From a virus (taxonomy: Duplodnaviria; Caudoviricetes): a DNA stretch of 28,263 bases. The stretch is from IMG/VR virus record IMGVR_UViG_3300044728_000153, positions 1 through 28,263 of that record. One strand, written 5' to 3'. Below, in pieces: positions 8,040-15,115 of this stretch. How positions within the stretch are numbered: the first letter of the stretch is position 1; every line of letters begins with the position of its first letter. The translations under genes were made by a program, and so were the position numbers. Below the pieces are notes generated by a model. It was given only the letters and a program-made list of their open reading frames with translations. It did no database searches and was not told where the DNA came from.

Positions 8040-8447
8040 ATGAAAAATCATACCAGAATCGGCTACGACAAAGTGGCGGTAAACCGGGCGATTGCCGGAT
8101 CGAGCCGGCATGGCGCAGCAATCGACAGAGCCGAGGCCGCGCAGATCCACCGGATATTATCCGGCCGGTGCGGCGACGCCCTGGAGGTCACCCAGATCGT
8201 GGAGATTCCCAGGAAGGGACCAGGGGGTAAACTCGGCCGGCGGGCCAAGCCCGCCATGTCCAAGGAACGGTTCCTGGCGGGGATCGCCGCGCTCGGCCAC
8301 AACATCAACACCGCCAACCAAATCCTCGGCGTTGGCCGGTCGACCATCTATCGGATGGCCAGCGGCCGCGCCGCAGTGCCGGCAGTGATCGCCCGCCTGA
8401 TGGACATGTACGAGCGATTTGGCATCCCACCGGAGCACCGCCCATGA
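8040..8447 (+). CDS. Protein with C-terminal Cro/XRE-type HTH
   Basis: MSKERFLAGIAALGHNINTANQILGVGRSTIYRMASGRAAVPAVIARLM is an HTH pattern. Confidence 0.75.
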   Translation: MKNHTRIGYDKVAVNRAIAGSSRHGAAIDRAEAAQIHRILSGRCGDALEVTQIVEIPRKGPGGKLGRRAKPAMSKERFLAGIAALGHNINTANQILGVGRSTIYRMASGRAAVPAVIARLMDMYERFGIPPEHRP

Positions 8448-8497
8448 TCTGGATCGTAGTCCTATGCGTGATCCTGCTCCTGCTCATCAGCGAGTAG
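8444..8497 (+). CDS. Possible 17-aa hydrophobic peptide
   Basis: MIWIVVLCVILLLLISE; ATGA overlap with the upstream stop. Confidence 0.35.
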   Translation: MIWIVVLCVILLLLISE

Positions 8498-8507
8498 ACA
8501 CCGCACT

Positions 8508-8541
8508 CTGCCGGCCGGGAGGATTCTTAGCCGGCCGGCAG
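8508..8541 (+). terminator. GC-rich hairpin ending the early operon
   Basis: CTGCCGGCCGG/CCGGCCGGCAG 11-bp stem; no U-tract. Confidence 0.4.
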
Positions 8542-8544
8542 GGT

Positions 8545-8781
8545 GGGTCACCTAACCGTTAAATTCAGGGGGGTAAGGCTATATATAAATATTTTAAAAA
8601 TTCCCCTATAGTTTTATAGCACGTGACCCACTGACCCACATAACCTAACACCTTGATATAAAACACATCTGCCTGGGTCACCTGCTGGGTCCGGGTCACC
8701 TCCCCGAGGTGCGATGGAACTTTTTCAAGGTTTGTTTTCCTAGGCTTCGGCGTGGGTCACCTCGACTTTGCAACGTGACCC
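8545..8781. other. Putative replication origin (GGGTCAC iterons, AT-rich tract, IHF-like site)
   Basis: GGGTCAC at 8545(+), 8623(-), 8675(+), 8693(+), 8754(+), 8775(-). AT tract ~8580-8618. TATCAAGGTGTTA on the minus strand at 8646-8658. Directly downstream of the helicase gene. Confidence 0.75.
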
Positions 8782-8785
8782 ACCC

Positions 8786-10246
8786 CTACGGACCCGGCGA
8801 GACCGTCTTCAGCACCGTCTGGATGCTGTCGATTTCGCCCCACTTGGCAACCTCTGCCCGGCGCTCGGTCTCGGTCAATTTGGCTGCCGCCTTGGCGTGC
8901 CGGCCAAAGCAATACAGCCGGTAGCGTTCGCCGTTGATCCTGATCCGTGCCTTGCTGCCCTGATCCGGCCGCACCGTGACGCAGTGCTCTTCGAATGCCC
9001 CGGCCAGTTGCCCGCGCCAGGCGTTACCAGCACCACGATGCTCGCCGCCGCCGGTCAGGTGCCGCTCGACCGCCTGCTCGAGGAACAGCCGCGGAAATAC
9101 CAGGCCGCGATCCTCGTCCGCCGCGAAGTCCTCGAGAATGTTATCCATCTCCGACAGCGACTGCTCGGCCATCCGCTGCTTGGCCTCGGTTTGCAGCGGC
9201 GCATACATATTGAACCCGGCCAGGTCGACATCGAGGTAGTGCGCCAGCGCCGCGATGTTGGCCGGCTTGTTCATCCAGGCGTTGAGCGCCACCGCCTCCT
9301 CCGGCAGCATCGGCCGGCCGTTGCGCAGCACCGAGAAGCGCCGATCGTTCTCGGGGATCGCCATCGCATTGGTGTGGTTGGTCGCCACTGTTATTGAACA
9401 ATATGAGATGCCGTCGAACGCCGGCAGCCCTTTCACCTTGAACGACCGCCGCTTCGGCGCTGGGTCGACGCAGTTCTTCAGCGCCGTGTACACGCTGCGC
9501 TTCTCGCCGCGGCGGTAGGCTGTTGGGGAAACGTGCGCCTCATCGACCGTGACCAGGATGCAGTAGGCCATCCAGTCGGTGTACACCGCTTGCGCCGAGG
9601 TGCCGGCCAGGATGTCGAAGTCCTCGGCCCGGCAGTATTCCTCGCCGAACAGCTTGGCCAGGATCCGCCCGACCATGCCGCGGCCGGTGCCGAAGTTGCC
9701 CTCGCGCGGGCCGTCCTCATCCGCCGCGATGTACCACAGCCCGGTGCCGGGCACTTCCGGGTAGCGCCACTTGTGCGACACCCAGTCCAGCCAGAACTCG
9801 CGATCGAGCGCCGCCGGGATGAACCGCTCGAGGAAGTCCAGAAAGGTGCCGACCTCGCCGGTGCCGTCGTCGACATGGATAGGCCGGCGGTAGGTGTTCT
9901 TGAACACCTGCCCGTCCTCGACATAGACCGGGAAGCCGCGGTCCGGCCGCATCCGCGTGCCGGCGATCGATAACCGGCTGGCGCTGCGCGCCCACAAGTC
10001 GGTTGCCAGCACCAGCTTCGGCGCCAGCGGCCCCTTCGCCCCCATCCGCGGCATCATCTCCGACCAGGCCGCGAACTCCAGCTGGAACGACTGCACCGTC
10101 ATCATGCAGGCGGCGCGCGGCTCGTACAGCACCACCACCTTGCCAGCGTAGGCATCGAAGCCATGCGTCTGCACCAGCCAGGCCACCTTGCGGTCCAGCG
10201 AGTCTGTGTCGGCCGGCCGTACCGGCATTGTATAGACCTCGGCCAT
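8786..10246 (-). CDS. Primase-associated helicase (SF3/DUF5906-like)
   Basis: 486 aa from ATG 10246 (GGAGGA RBS). P-loop GTGRG, Walker B LVTVDE, ATNH sensor, IPENDRRFSV. Confidence 0.8.
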   Translation of the reverse strand: MAEVYTMPVRPADTDSLDRKVAWLVQTHGFDAYAGKVVVLYEPRAACMMTVQSFQLEFAAWSEMMPRMGAKGPLAPKLVLATDLWARSASRLSIAGTRMRPDRGFPVYVEDGQVFKNTYRRPIHVDDGTGEVGTFLDFLERFIPAALDREFWLDWVSHKWRYPEVPGTGLWYIAADEDGPREGNFGTGRGMVGRILAKLFGEEYCRAEDFDILAGTSAQAVYTDWMAYCILVTVDEAHVSPTAYRRGEKRSVYTALKNCVDPAPKRRSFKVKGLPAFDGISYCSITVATNHTNAMAIPENDRRFSVLRNGRPMLPEEAVALNAWMNKPANIAALAHYLDVDLAGFNMYAPLQTEAKQRMAEQSLSEMDNILEDFAADEDRGLVFPRLFLEQAVERHLTGGGEHRGAGNAWRGQLAGAFEEHCVTVRPDQGSKARIRINGERYRLYCFGRHAKAAAKLTETERRAEVAKWGEIDSIQTVLKTVSPGP

Positions 10247-10247
10247 C

Positions 10248-11219
10248 TCAATCCTCCCACGGGTGTTTGATGCTGTTGAGCATGCGGCGCAGCTCGACAT
10301 CCTCGGCCGGCGACAGCGCCGCCCAGCGGTGCGACACGCTGTGCTTGGTGTCCCACAGGGTCAGGCCCATCGCCCCGGACCTGTTCACCAGCACCCGGTC
10401 CGGTGTTTTCGACCCTGGATCCCAGATGTTGGCGAAGCCCCTGATCCGGGTAGGCCCGGCCCGCTTCTCCAACTCGCGCAGTGTGATCCGCTCGCCGTCC
10501 GCCAGTATCATCACGTCGTCGGGCTTGAGATCATACACCCGCTCGCCCGGCGTGTGCGCCTGCGCCACCGCTATCCGTTCAAGCCCCAGCCCGCGCATCA
10601 CCCGCTCGCACTCGGCGAGCATCTCCGGGATGTCGGCATCGGGAAAGCACGGCAGGTCGCCGAGCTTGGTATTGAGAATGTCGCGCGTGCCAACGTAGTC
10701 GTACTCGCGGCCCTGCGAGTGCCAGCCGTGTACGCCCACATATCGCTTGTCGTTGCCGGTGAAGTACTCGACCAGGTGCGGCTTGTCGCCGATGCCCGGC
10801 TCCGGCTTGAACCGCGCCGTCCAGCTGCGCTTGCGCACGGTCAATACCTGCCCGATCAACGCCAGCGTGGTCGAGCCGGAGCGCCGCCTGAGACAGCCTT
10901 TCATGAACGCCGGCCACTGCTGCCACAGCATCTCCAGCAACGCCGCCCGCACCCGGTCCGAGCGCACGTCCAGGTCGATCACGAACGCCGTGCTGCCGAA
11001 CATGCGGATGCCGGCGGTCTTGCCGCGCCAGGTCTCGATCGCCGCATCGTCGTTCGGCTGCTTCGGCCAGCCCTTGAACGGCCCGTCGCGGCCGCGCAAC
11101 GGTATGACATCGTAGCCATTGTCGCGGATTCGCCGCCACACCTTGCGATACGAGTGCTCGGCCTTGGGTTGCAGCGGTATGGCTTGCGCTGTCTGGCCGG
11201 GATGGTATTGGTTGGTCAT
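10248..11219 (-). CDS. Bifunctional primase-polymerase (Prim-Pol, AEP family)
   Basis: ATG 11219 after AAGGAGGA. GYDVIPL...GW, GIR, VIDLDV and YVGVHGWH motifs. Confidence 0.8.
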   Translation of the reverse strand: MTNQYHPGQTAQAIPLQPKAEHSYRKVWRRIRDNGYDVIPLRGRDGPFKGWPKQPNDDAAIETWRGKTAGIRMFGSTAFVIDLDVRSDRVRAALLEMLWQQWPAFMKGCLRRRSGSTTLALIGQVLTVRKRSWTARFKPEPGIGDKPHLVEYFTGNDKRYVGVHGWHSQGREYDYVGTRDILNTKLGDLPCFPDADIPEMLAECERVMRGLGLERIAVAQAHTPGERVYDLKPDDVMILADGERITLRELEKRAGPTRIRGFANIWDPGSKTPDRVLVNRSGAMGLTLWDTKHSVSHRWAALSPAEDVELRRMLNSIKHPWED

Positions 11220-11280
11220 CGTGTGGTCCTCCTTTGGGGTTGCATGGTCACCTAGGGATGGGTGGGACTGGACTTGAAGA

Positions 11281-11312
11281 CCGGCAGGGATTTCGCCCCC
11301 TGCCGGCTTTTT
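11281..11312 (+). terminator. Hairpin with T-tract between the VRR-NUC and Prim-Pol genes (terminator orientation is antisense to them)
   Basis: CCGGCAGGG-N8-CCCTGCCGG-CTTTTT. Confidence 0.45.
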
Positions 11313-11602
11313 CATTTCAGCAGTGCATCAATATCCTTTGTGTTTTTGATCAGCACAACCGCTGCCCCTAGTGCCACATACTCGTCACGGTACATCTTCT
11401 GGTGTGCGCTCAGCCGCCCGCCGCGCGGCCGCTTCAGTTCTGCAAATATGACGCGGCCGCCCGGCAACAGAATCAGCCGGTCGAAGAACCCGCGCGACCC
11501 GAGCACCGTCACCTTCTCGCAGCGGCCGCCGCGATCGCGCACCCGCTGCGCCAGTTCGCGCTCGACCGCGCTTTCTTTTTCATAAGATTTGACAGACCGC
11601 AT
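11312..11602 (-). CDS. VRR-NUC domain nuclease (Holliday-junction resolvase-like)
   Basis: ESAVE...GGRCEKV...GFFDRLILLPGGRVIFAELKRPRGGRLSAHQ, a PD-(D/E)xK pattern. Confidence 0.88.
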   Translation of the reverse strand: MRSVKSYEKESAVERELAQRVRDRGGRCEKVTVLGSRGFFDRLILLPGGRVIFAELKRPRGGRLSAHQKMYRDEYVALGAAVVLIKNTKDIDALLK

Positions 11603-11654
11603 CAGCTGTGCCCATTATCGCGCTTCGTCATCGAGACATGGAGATTATCAAATC

Positions 11655-12227
11655 ATGACCGCGGTTACTGAACAAGATGCTAAAGAGGTTGTGCGGCCGC
11701 TCAAGCTGCTCACGGCGTTGATCAAGACCGACATCGAGCACGGCGACGAGGCCGCCGAGCGCGCCGGCATGGAGTTCTATCGGCTTGCCGGCGCCAAGCT
11801 GGCCGAGGCCAAGCGCGACCACTTCGCCGGCCACACCGCCGAGTTCTACGCCTGGGCCGATCGGAATTTCCATAAATCCCAAGCAAGAATAAGGGCTTGG
11901 GTCCAGTTGTCCGGACATGACGACGTTAAGTCATTGAAAAGTATACGCGAATCCGAAGGCGCGGCGCGCAAGCCGGGCGGCTCGGTGTACCGGCCATGGA
12001 CTGCCTCGGTCGACGCCATCGCCGAGCGGGCACAGCGCGAGGCGATCCGGCTCGGCGAGGAATTGACCCGCAAGCAAGAGCGCGACGCCGAGGCCCAGCT
12101 CGGCCGCCGGTTGATCGACATCGGCTACCGCGTGCTCGCCAAGGAACTGCACCCCGACAAGGGCGGCTCGAAGGATGCCATGGCCCGGCTCGGCCGGGTC
12201 CGCGATCGTCTGCGTTCAAACGTATAG
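11655..12227 (+). CDS. DUF3102-like protein with C-terminal J-domain-like HPD segment
   Basis: ATG 11655 after GGAG. AGAKLAEAK...FYAWADRNF, and C-terminal YRVLAKELHPDKGGSKDAMARL. Confidence 0.7.
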   Translation: MTAVTEQDAKEVVRPLKLLTALIKTDIEHGDEAAERAGMEFYRLAGAKLAEAKRDHFAGHTAEFYAWADRNFHKSQARIRAWVQLSGHDDVKSLKSIRESEGAARKPGGSVYRPWTASVDAIAERAQREAIRLGEELTRKQERDAEAQLGRRLIDIGYRVLAKELHPDKGGSKDAMARLGRVRDRLRSNV

Positions 12228-12237
12228 GGAGCCAACC

Positions 12238-12663
12238 ATGTCCAATAACATTGCCAAGATCCGCAAGGTCGAGCCGCCGGCCATCCACCGCGCCAAGAAC
12301 GGCCAGGAACGCCTGATCGGCGGCCGCTGGAATATGCTGCGGGTTACCGAGTTCCTGCTGGCCAAGAAGACTTGGCAGACCATGGATGAGATCGCCCGCT
12401 TTGTGTACGGCAGCACCGGCGAGAAGCATCGCGACAACACCCGCAAGCACATCCCCTCGCAGCGCCGCTACATGCTCGACAAGGACGCGCCGATCGTTAC
12501 CGACTACGGCCCGCGCGGCATGATCATGCGCGTCAAGGTCTACGACCAGGCCAAGAGCGACGACCAGATGAAATTCGAGACCGAGATCAGCAAGGCGCGC
12601 GACAAAAAGGAAATAACCGAACGGCGTTACGAGGATTTAGTAAGACTGTTTCTGCCGCGGTAG
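12238..12663 (+). CDS. Hypothetical protein (possible winged helix)
   Basis: ATG 12238 after AGGGAG; 141 aa; high GC3. Confidence 0.7.
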   Translation: MSNNIAKIRKVEPPAIHRAKNGQERLIGGRWNMLRVTEFLLAKKTWQTMDEIARFVYGSTGEKHRDNTRKHIPSQRRYMLDKDAPIVTDYGPRGMIMRVKVYDQAKSDDQMKFETEISKARDKKEITERRYEDLVRLFLPR

Positions 12664-12672
12664 TCAGATAAT

Positions 12673-12701
12673 TTGACAACTGTCAAGATCTGTGCTACAA
12701 T
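12673..12701 (+). promoter_or_regulatory. Near-consensus sigma70 promoter of the replication operon with an overlapping palindrome
   Basis: TTGACA-17 bp-TACAAT with extended -10 TG. TTGACA-AC-TGTCAA palindrome over the -35. Confidence 0.8.
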
Positions 12702-12736
12702 GATTTCATTGAACCGAACAGAACAGAGGATGACAC

Positions 12737-12943
12737 ATGCGGCTCTCTGCCAAGCAGCTTCAGATGCTGCGCGACTACGACAATGATCTGGAAGCCACCG
12801 ATATCTGCGCCTTCAACGGTCCGTTCGACTGGCACAATCGAGAGAAAGTAATCTGCGCCTTGATCCGCAAAGGCTTGCTGGTTGAAGACCGCGTCACCGA
12901 AGCCGGTCGCAAAGTGCTCGAGCAAAACAAGGTGCCGGCATGA
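12737..12943 (+). CDS. Small hypothetical protein (68 aa)
   Basis: GAGGA RBS; ATGA overlap with the next gene; ALIRKGLL...VTEAGRKVL resembles a winged-helix tail. Confidence 0.75.
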   Translation: MRLSAKQLQMLRDYDNDLEATDICAFNGPFDWHNREKVICALIRKGLLVEDRVTEAGRKVLEQNKVPA

Positions 12944-14211
12944 GCCGCCATTCCACCATTGTCGGCGGCTCGACCGCCGACCGGCTGCTGAATTGTCCCG
13001 GCAGCTTTCAACTGCTGCAACGCATCCCCGAGCAAGCCGAGATGCCGAGCGAATACGCCGACTACGGCACCGCCATGCATGCGGTGATGGACCGTTTGAT
13101 GTCGATGTATGCCGACGGCTTCCCGTCCGGCAACGAGGATCCGCTGATCTTTGCCGCCCGCGATATGCTCGGCGACACCTTCTATGACCGGGTGCTGGAA
13201 AGCCATCACCTCGAGGATTCGATCTATCCGGCGATCGTCACCTTGTACGACCTGATGCGCGAATACGGCGGCGGCTTCCGCGTCGTCGCCAACGAGTTGA
13301 AGGTAAAATTTCCGGGGATTCCGGGCGCCTTCGGTACCACCGACTTGTTACTGGCAAGTAAGAAGTTCGTGCTGATGGTCGACTGGAAATTCGGCGCCGG
13401 CGTGCCCGTTAAAGCTGTGTACAAAGACGAGCACGGCGAGAAGGTGAACCCGCAGCTGTTGTTTTATTTTGCCGGCGCCATGGAGGAGCTGCCCTCCATG
13501 TTCAATAAGAAGCGGTATGCCGTGGCGGTGATCCAGCCGCGCACCGCCGAGCGGCTCACCCACACCATAATAACCCGGGTTGAGATCGACATGTTCATTG
13601 AGGACATGGACCTCGCCATCATCGCCGCGCTCGGCAAGAACCCGCCGCTGCACGCCGGCGAGCACTGCCGCTGGTGCCCGGCCCGGCCGTTCTGTCCCGA
13701 GCACACCGGCCCGCTGTTTGAGTTAGCCGAGCTAGAAATCCTGCCGGCGCAATTGCGCGCATCCGAAGTCAACGACGGCAACGCGGCTGCTTACGGTGAG
13801 TTTCTCGCCAAGGCCAAGCACCTCGCCGACCTGGCTGCCGATTACAAAAAGCAGGTCGACGAGGCGGTCCACAGCTATCTGGAGAACGGCGGCACCGTGC
13901 CGGGCTGGAAGCTGAAGCAGAAAACTAAACTTCGCCAGTGGATCGACGAGGACATCGTCAACAATGAATTGACCAAGCTCGGCTTCGGCCAGGACGACAT
14001 CTGGCAGCACAAGCTGCAAACCTTTGCTGCTGCTGACAAGGCGGCCAAGCGGCTCAAGGTTAAGATCCCCGAGCACCTGCGCGTCGCGCCGGAAACAGAT
14101 GAGACCGTGATTGCGCCCGAGAGCGACCCGGCCCCAGCGATCGATCGTGCCCAGGCAACCCTCGAGTTTGCCGCGGCGCTGAAGCAATTGCGTCACGAAC
14201 AAGGTTCGTGA
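12940..14211 (+). CDS. Cas4-like PD-(D/E)xK exonuclease (DUF2800 family)
   Basis: HS...GS.A.RLLNCPGS, GTAMH, GTTD, VDWKFGAG, NPQL, IQPR and HCRWCPA...C motifs. Confidence 0.88.
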   Translation: MSRHSTIVGGSTADRLLNCPGSFQLLQRIPEQAEMPSEYADYGTAMHAVMDRLMSMYADGFPSGNEDPLIFAARDMLGDTFYDRVLESHHLEDSIYPAIVTLYDLMREYGGGFRVVANELKVKFPGIPGAFGTTDLLLASKKFVLMVDWKFGAGVPVKAVYKDEHGEKVNPQLLFYFAGAMEELPSMFNKKRYAVAVIQPRTAERLTHTIITRVEIDMFIEDMDLAIIAALGKNPPLHAGEHCRWCPARPFCPEHTGPLFELAELEILPAQLRASEVNDGNAAAYGEFLAKAKHLADLAADYKKQVDEAVHSYLENGGTVPGWKLKQKTKLRQWIDEDIVNNELTKLGFGQDDIWQHKLQTFAAADKAAKRLKVKIPEHLRVAPETDETVIAPESDPAPAIDRAQATLEFAAALKQLRHEQGS

Positions 14212-14268
14212 CACAATACCTGGCCGGCCCCGTCGGGGTCGGTCACCTGTAACATGAAAGGTCTGAAG

Positions 14269-15045
14269 ATGAACGATATCGTCAAACGCAGCTTAGGTTC
14301 GACTGCCCTGTCGGACGACCTCGCCGACCGGCTATTGGCCGGCATCGAGGACAGCCAAGCCACCACGCTCGTAGCCGGCGGCGGCAAGGATCTCATCAAG
14401 CTCGGCAAGTCTGATGGCAACTGGTCGATCGGCCAGGCCGACGAACCCATGCAAGTGGGCAGCAAGTGGCTGATCAACATCGTATCGATCTGCCACGGCT
14501 ACATCTGCTGGTCGAAGTATGAGGGCAGCCGTAAAAATGAGAGACTCGGCGAGGTGATGGTGCCGATGTATGAGCCGAAGCCGAGCAAGCCCGCGGCGAT
14601 CGACGGCTTTCCCTTTGCCGAGCAGCGCAGCTTCGAAGCTGTGTGTCTGAACGGCGAGGACGCCGGCGCCGAGGTGCTGTTCAAAAACGGCTCGGTTGGC
14701 ACGATGAAGGCGTTTAAGAAGCTGGAAGACGCCGTCAAGGCGCAGCTCCGCACCGACCGCGCCTACCCCTGCCCGGTGATCCAGTTCAAGTCCGACAAGT
14801 ACAAGCACCCGGAATACAACTGGATTTGGAACCCGATCTTCGAAGTGGTCGATTGGGCCAATATGGCCGGCGAGCTGAAATCTGGCGCCGGCCCCGACCC
14901 GGAGCCGAAGTCGGCGCCGGCCGCGGCGGCACCGCGGTCGCGCACCAAGCCGGCCCTGGTCGACGACGCGCCGGATACCGCTCCAGACGACGAGGCGGTG
15001 ACGCCCATGCGTCCGGCGCAGCGGCGCAGGCCACCGGCTAGCTAA
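14269..15045 (+). CDS. Putative phage single-stranded DNA-binding protein
   Basis: Lies between the exonuclease and PolA genes. GYICW...GEVMVPM, YKH...IWNPIFEVVDW, and a flexible acidic/basic tail. Start 14269 (GAAAGG RBS) or 14254. Confidence 0.65.
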   Translation: MNDIVKRSLGSTALSDDLADRLLAGIEDSQATTLVAGGGKDLIKLGKSDGNWSIGQADEPMQVGSKWLINIVSICHGYICWSKYEGSRKNERLGEVMVPMYEPKPSKPAAIDGFPFAEQRSFEAVCLNGEDAGAEVLFKNGSVGTMKAFKKLEDAVKAQLRTDRAYPCPVIQFKSDKYKHPEYNWIWNPIFEVVDWANMAGELKSGAGPDPEPKSAPAAAAPRSRTKPALVDDAPDTAPDDEAVTPMRPAQRRRPPAS

Positions 15046-15060
15046 CTGCCCGCGAACTTA

Positions 15061-15084
15061 CCCAGGCCCTTCCCAGGGCCTGGG
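15061..15084 (+). other. Hairpin between the SSB and polymerase genes
   Basis: CCCAGGCCCT-TCCC-AGGGCCTGGG, perfect 10-bp stem. Confidence 0.5.
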
Positions 15085-15115
15085 CCTTCCCCCTCATCCC
15101 AGGGAATGCCCAACC

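Noticed and set aside
5590-8040. Foreign insertion or IS suggested by lower GC content
   Set aside because: No transposase, terminal inverted repeats or target duplication; the content is typical of a phage early region.
12940-14211. CRISPR-Cas system suggested by the Cas4-like nuclease
   Set aside because: No array or other cas genes; this nuclease is a standard member of the phage exonuclease-SSB-PolA module.
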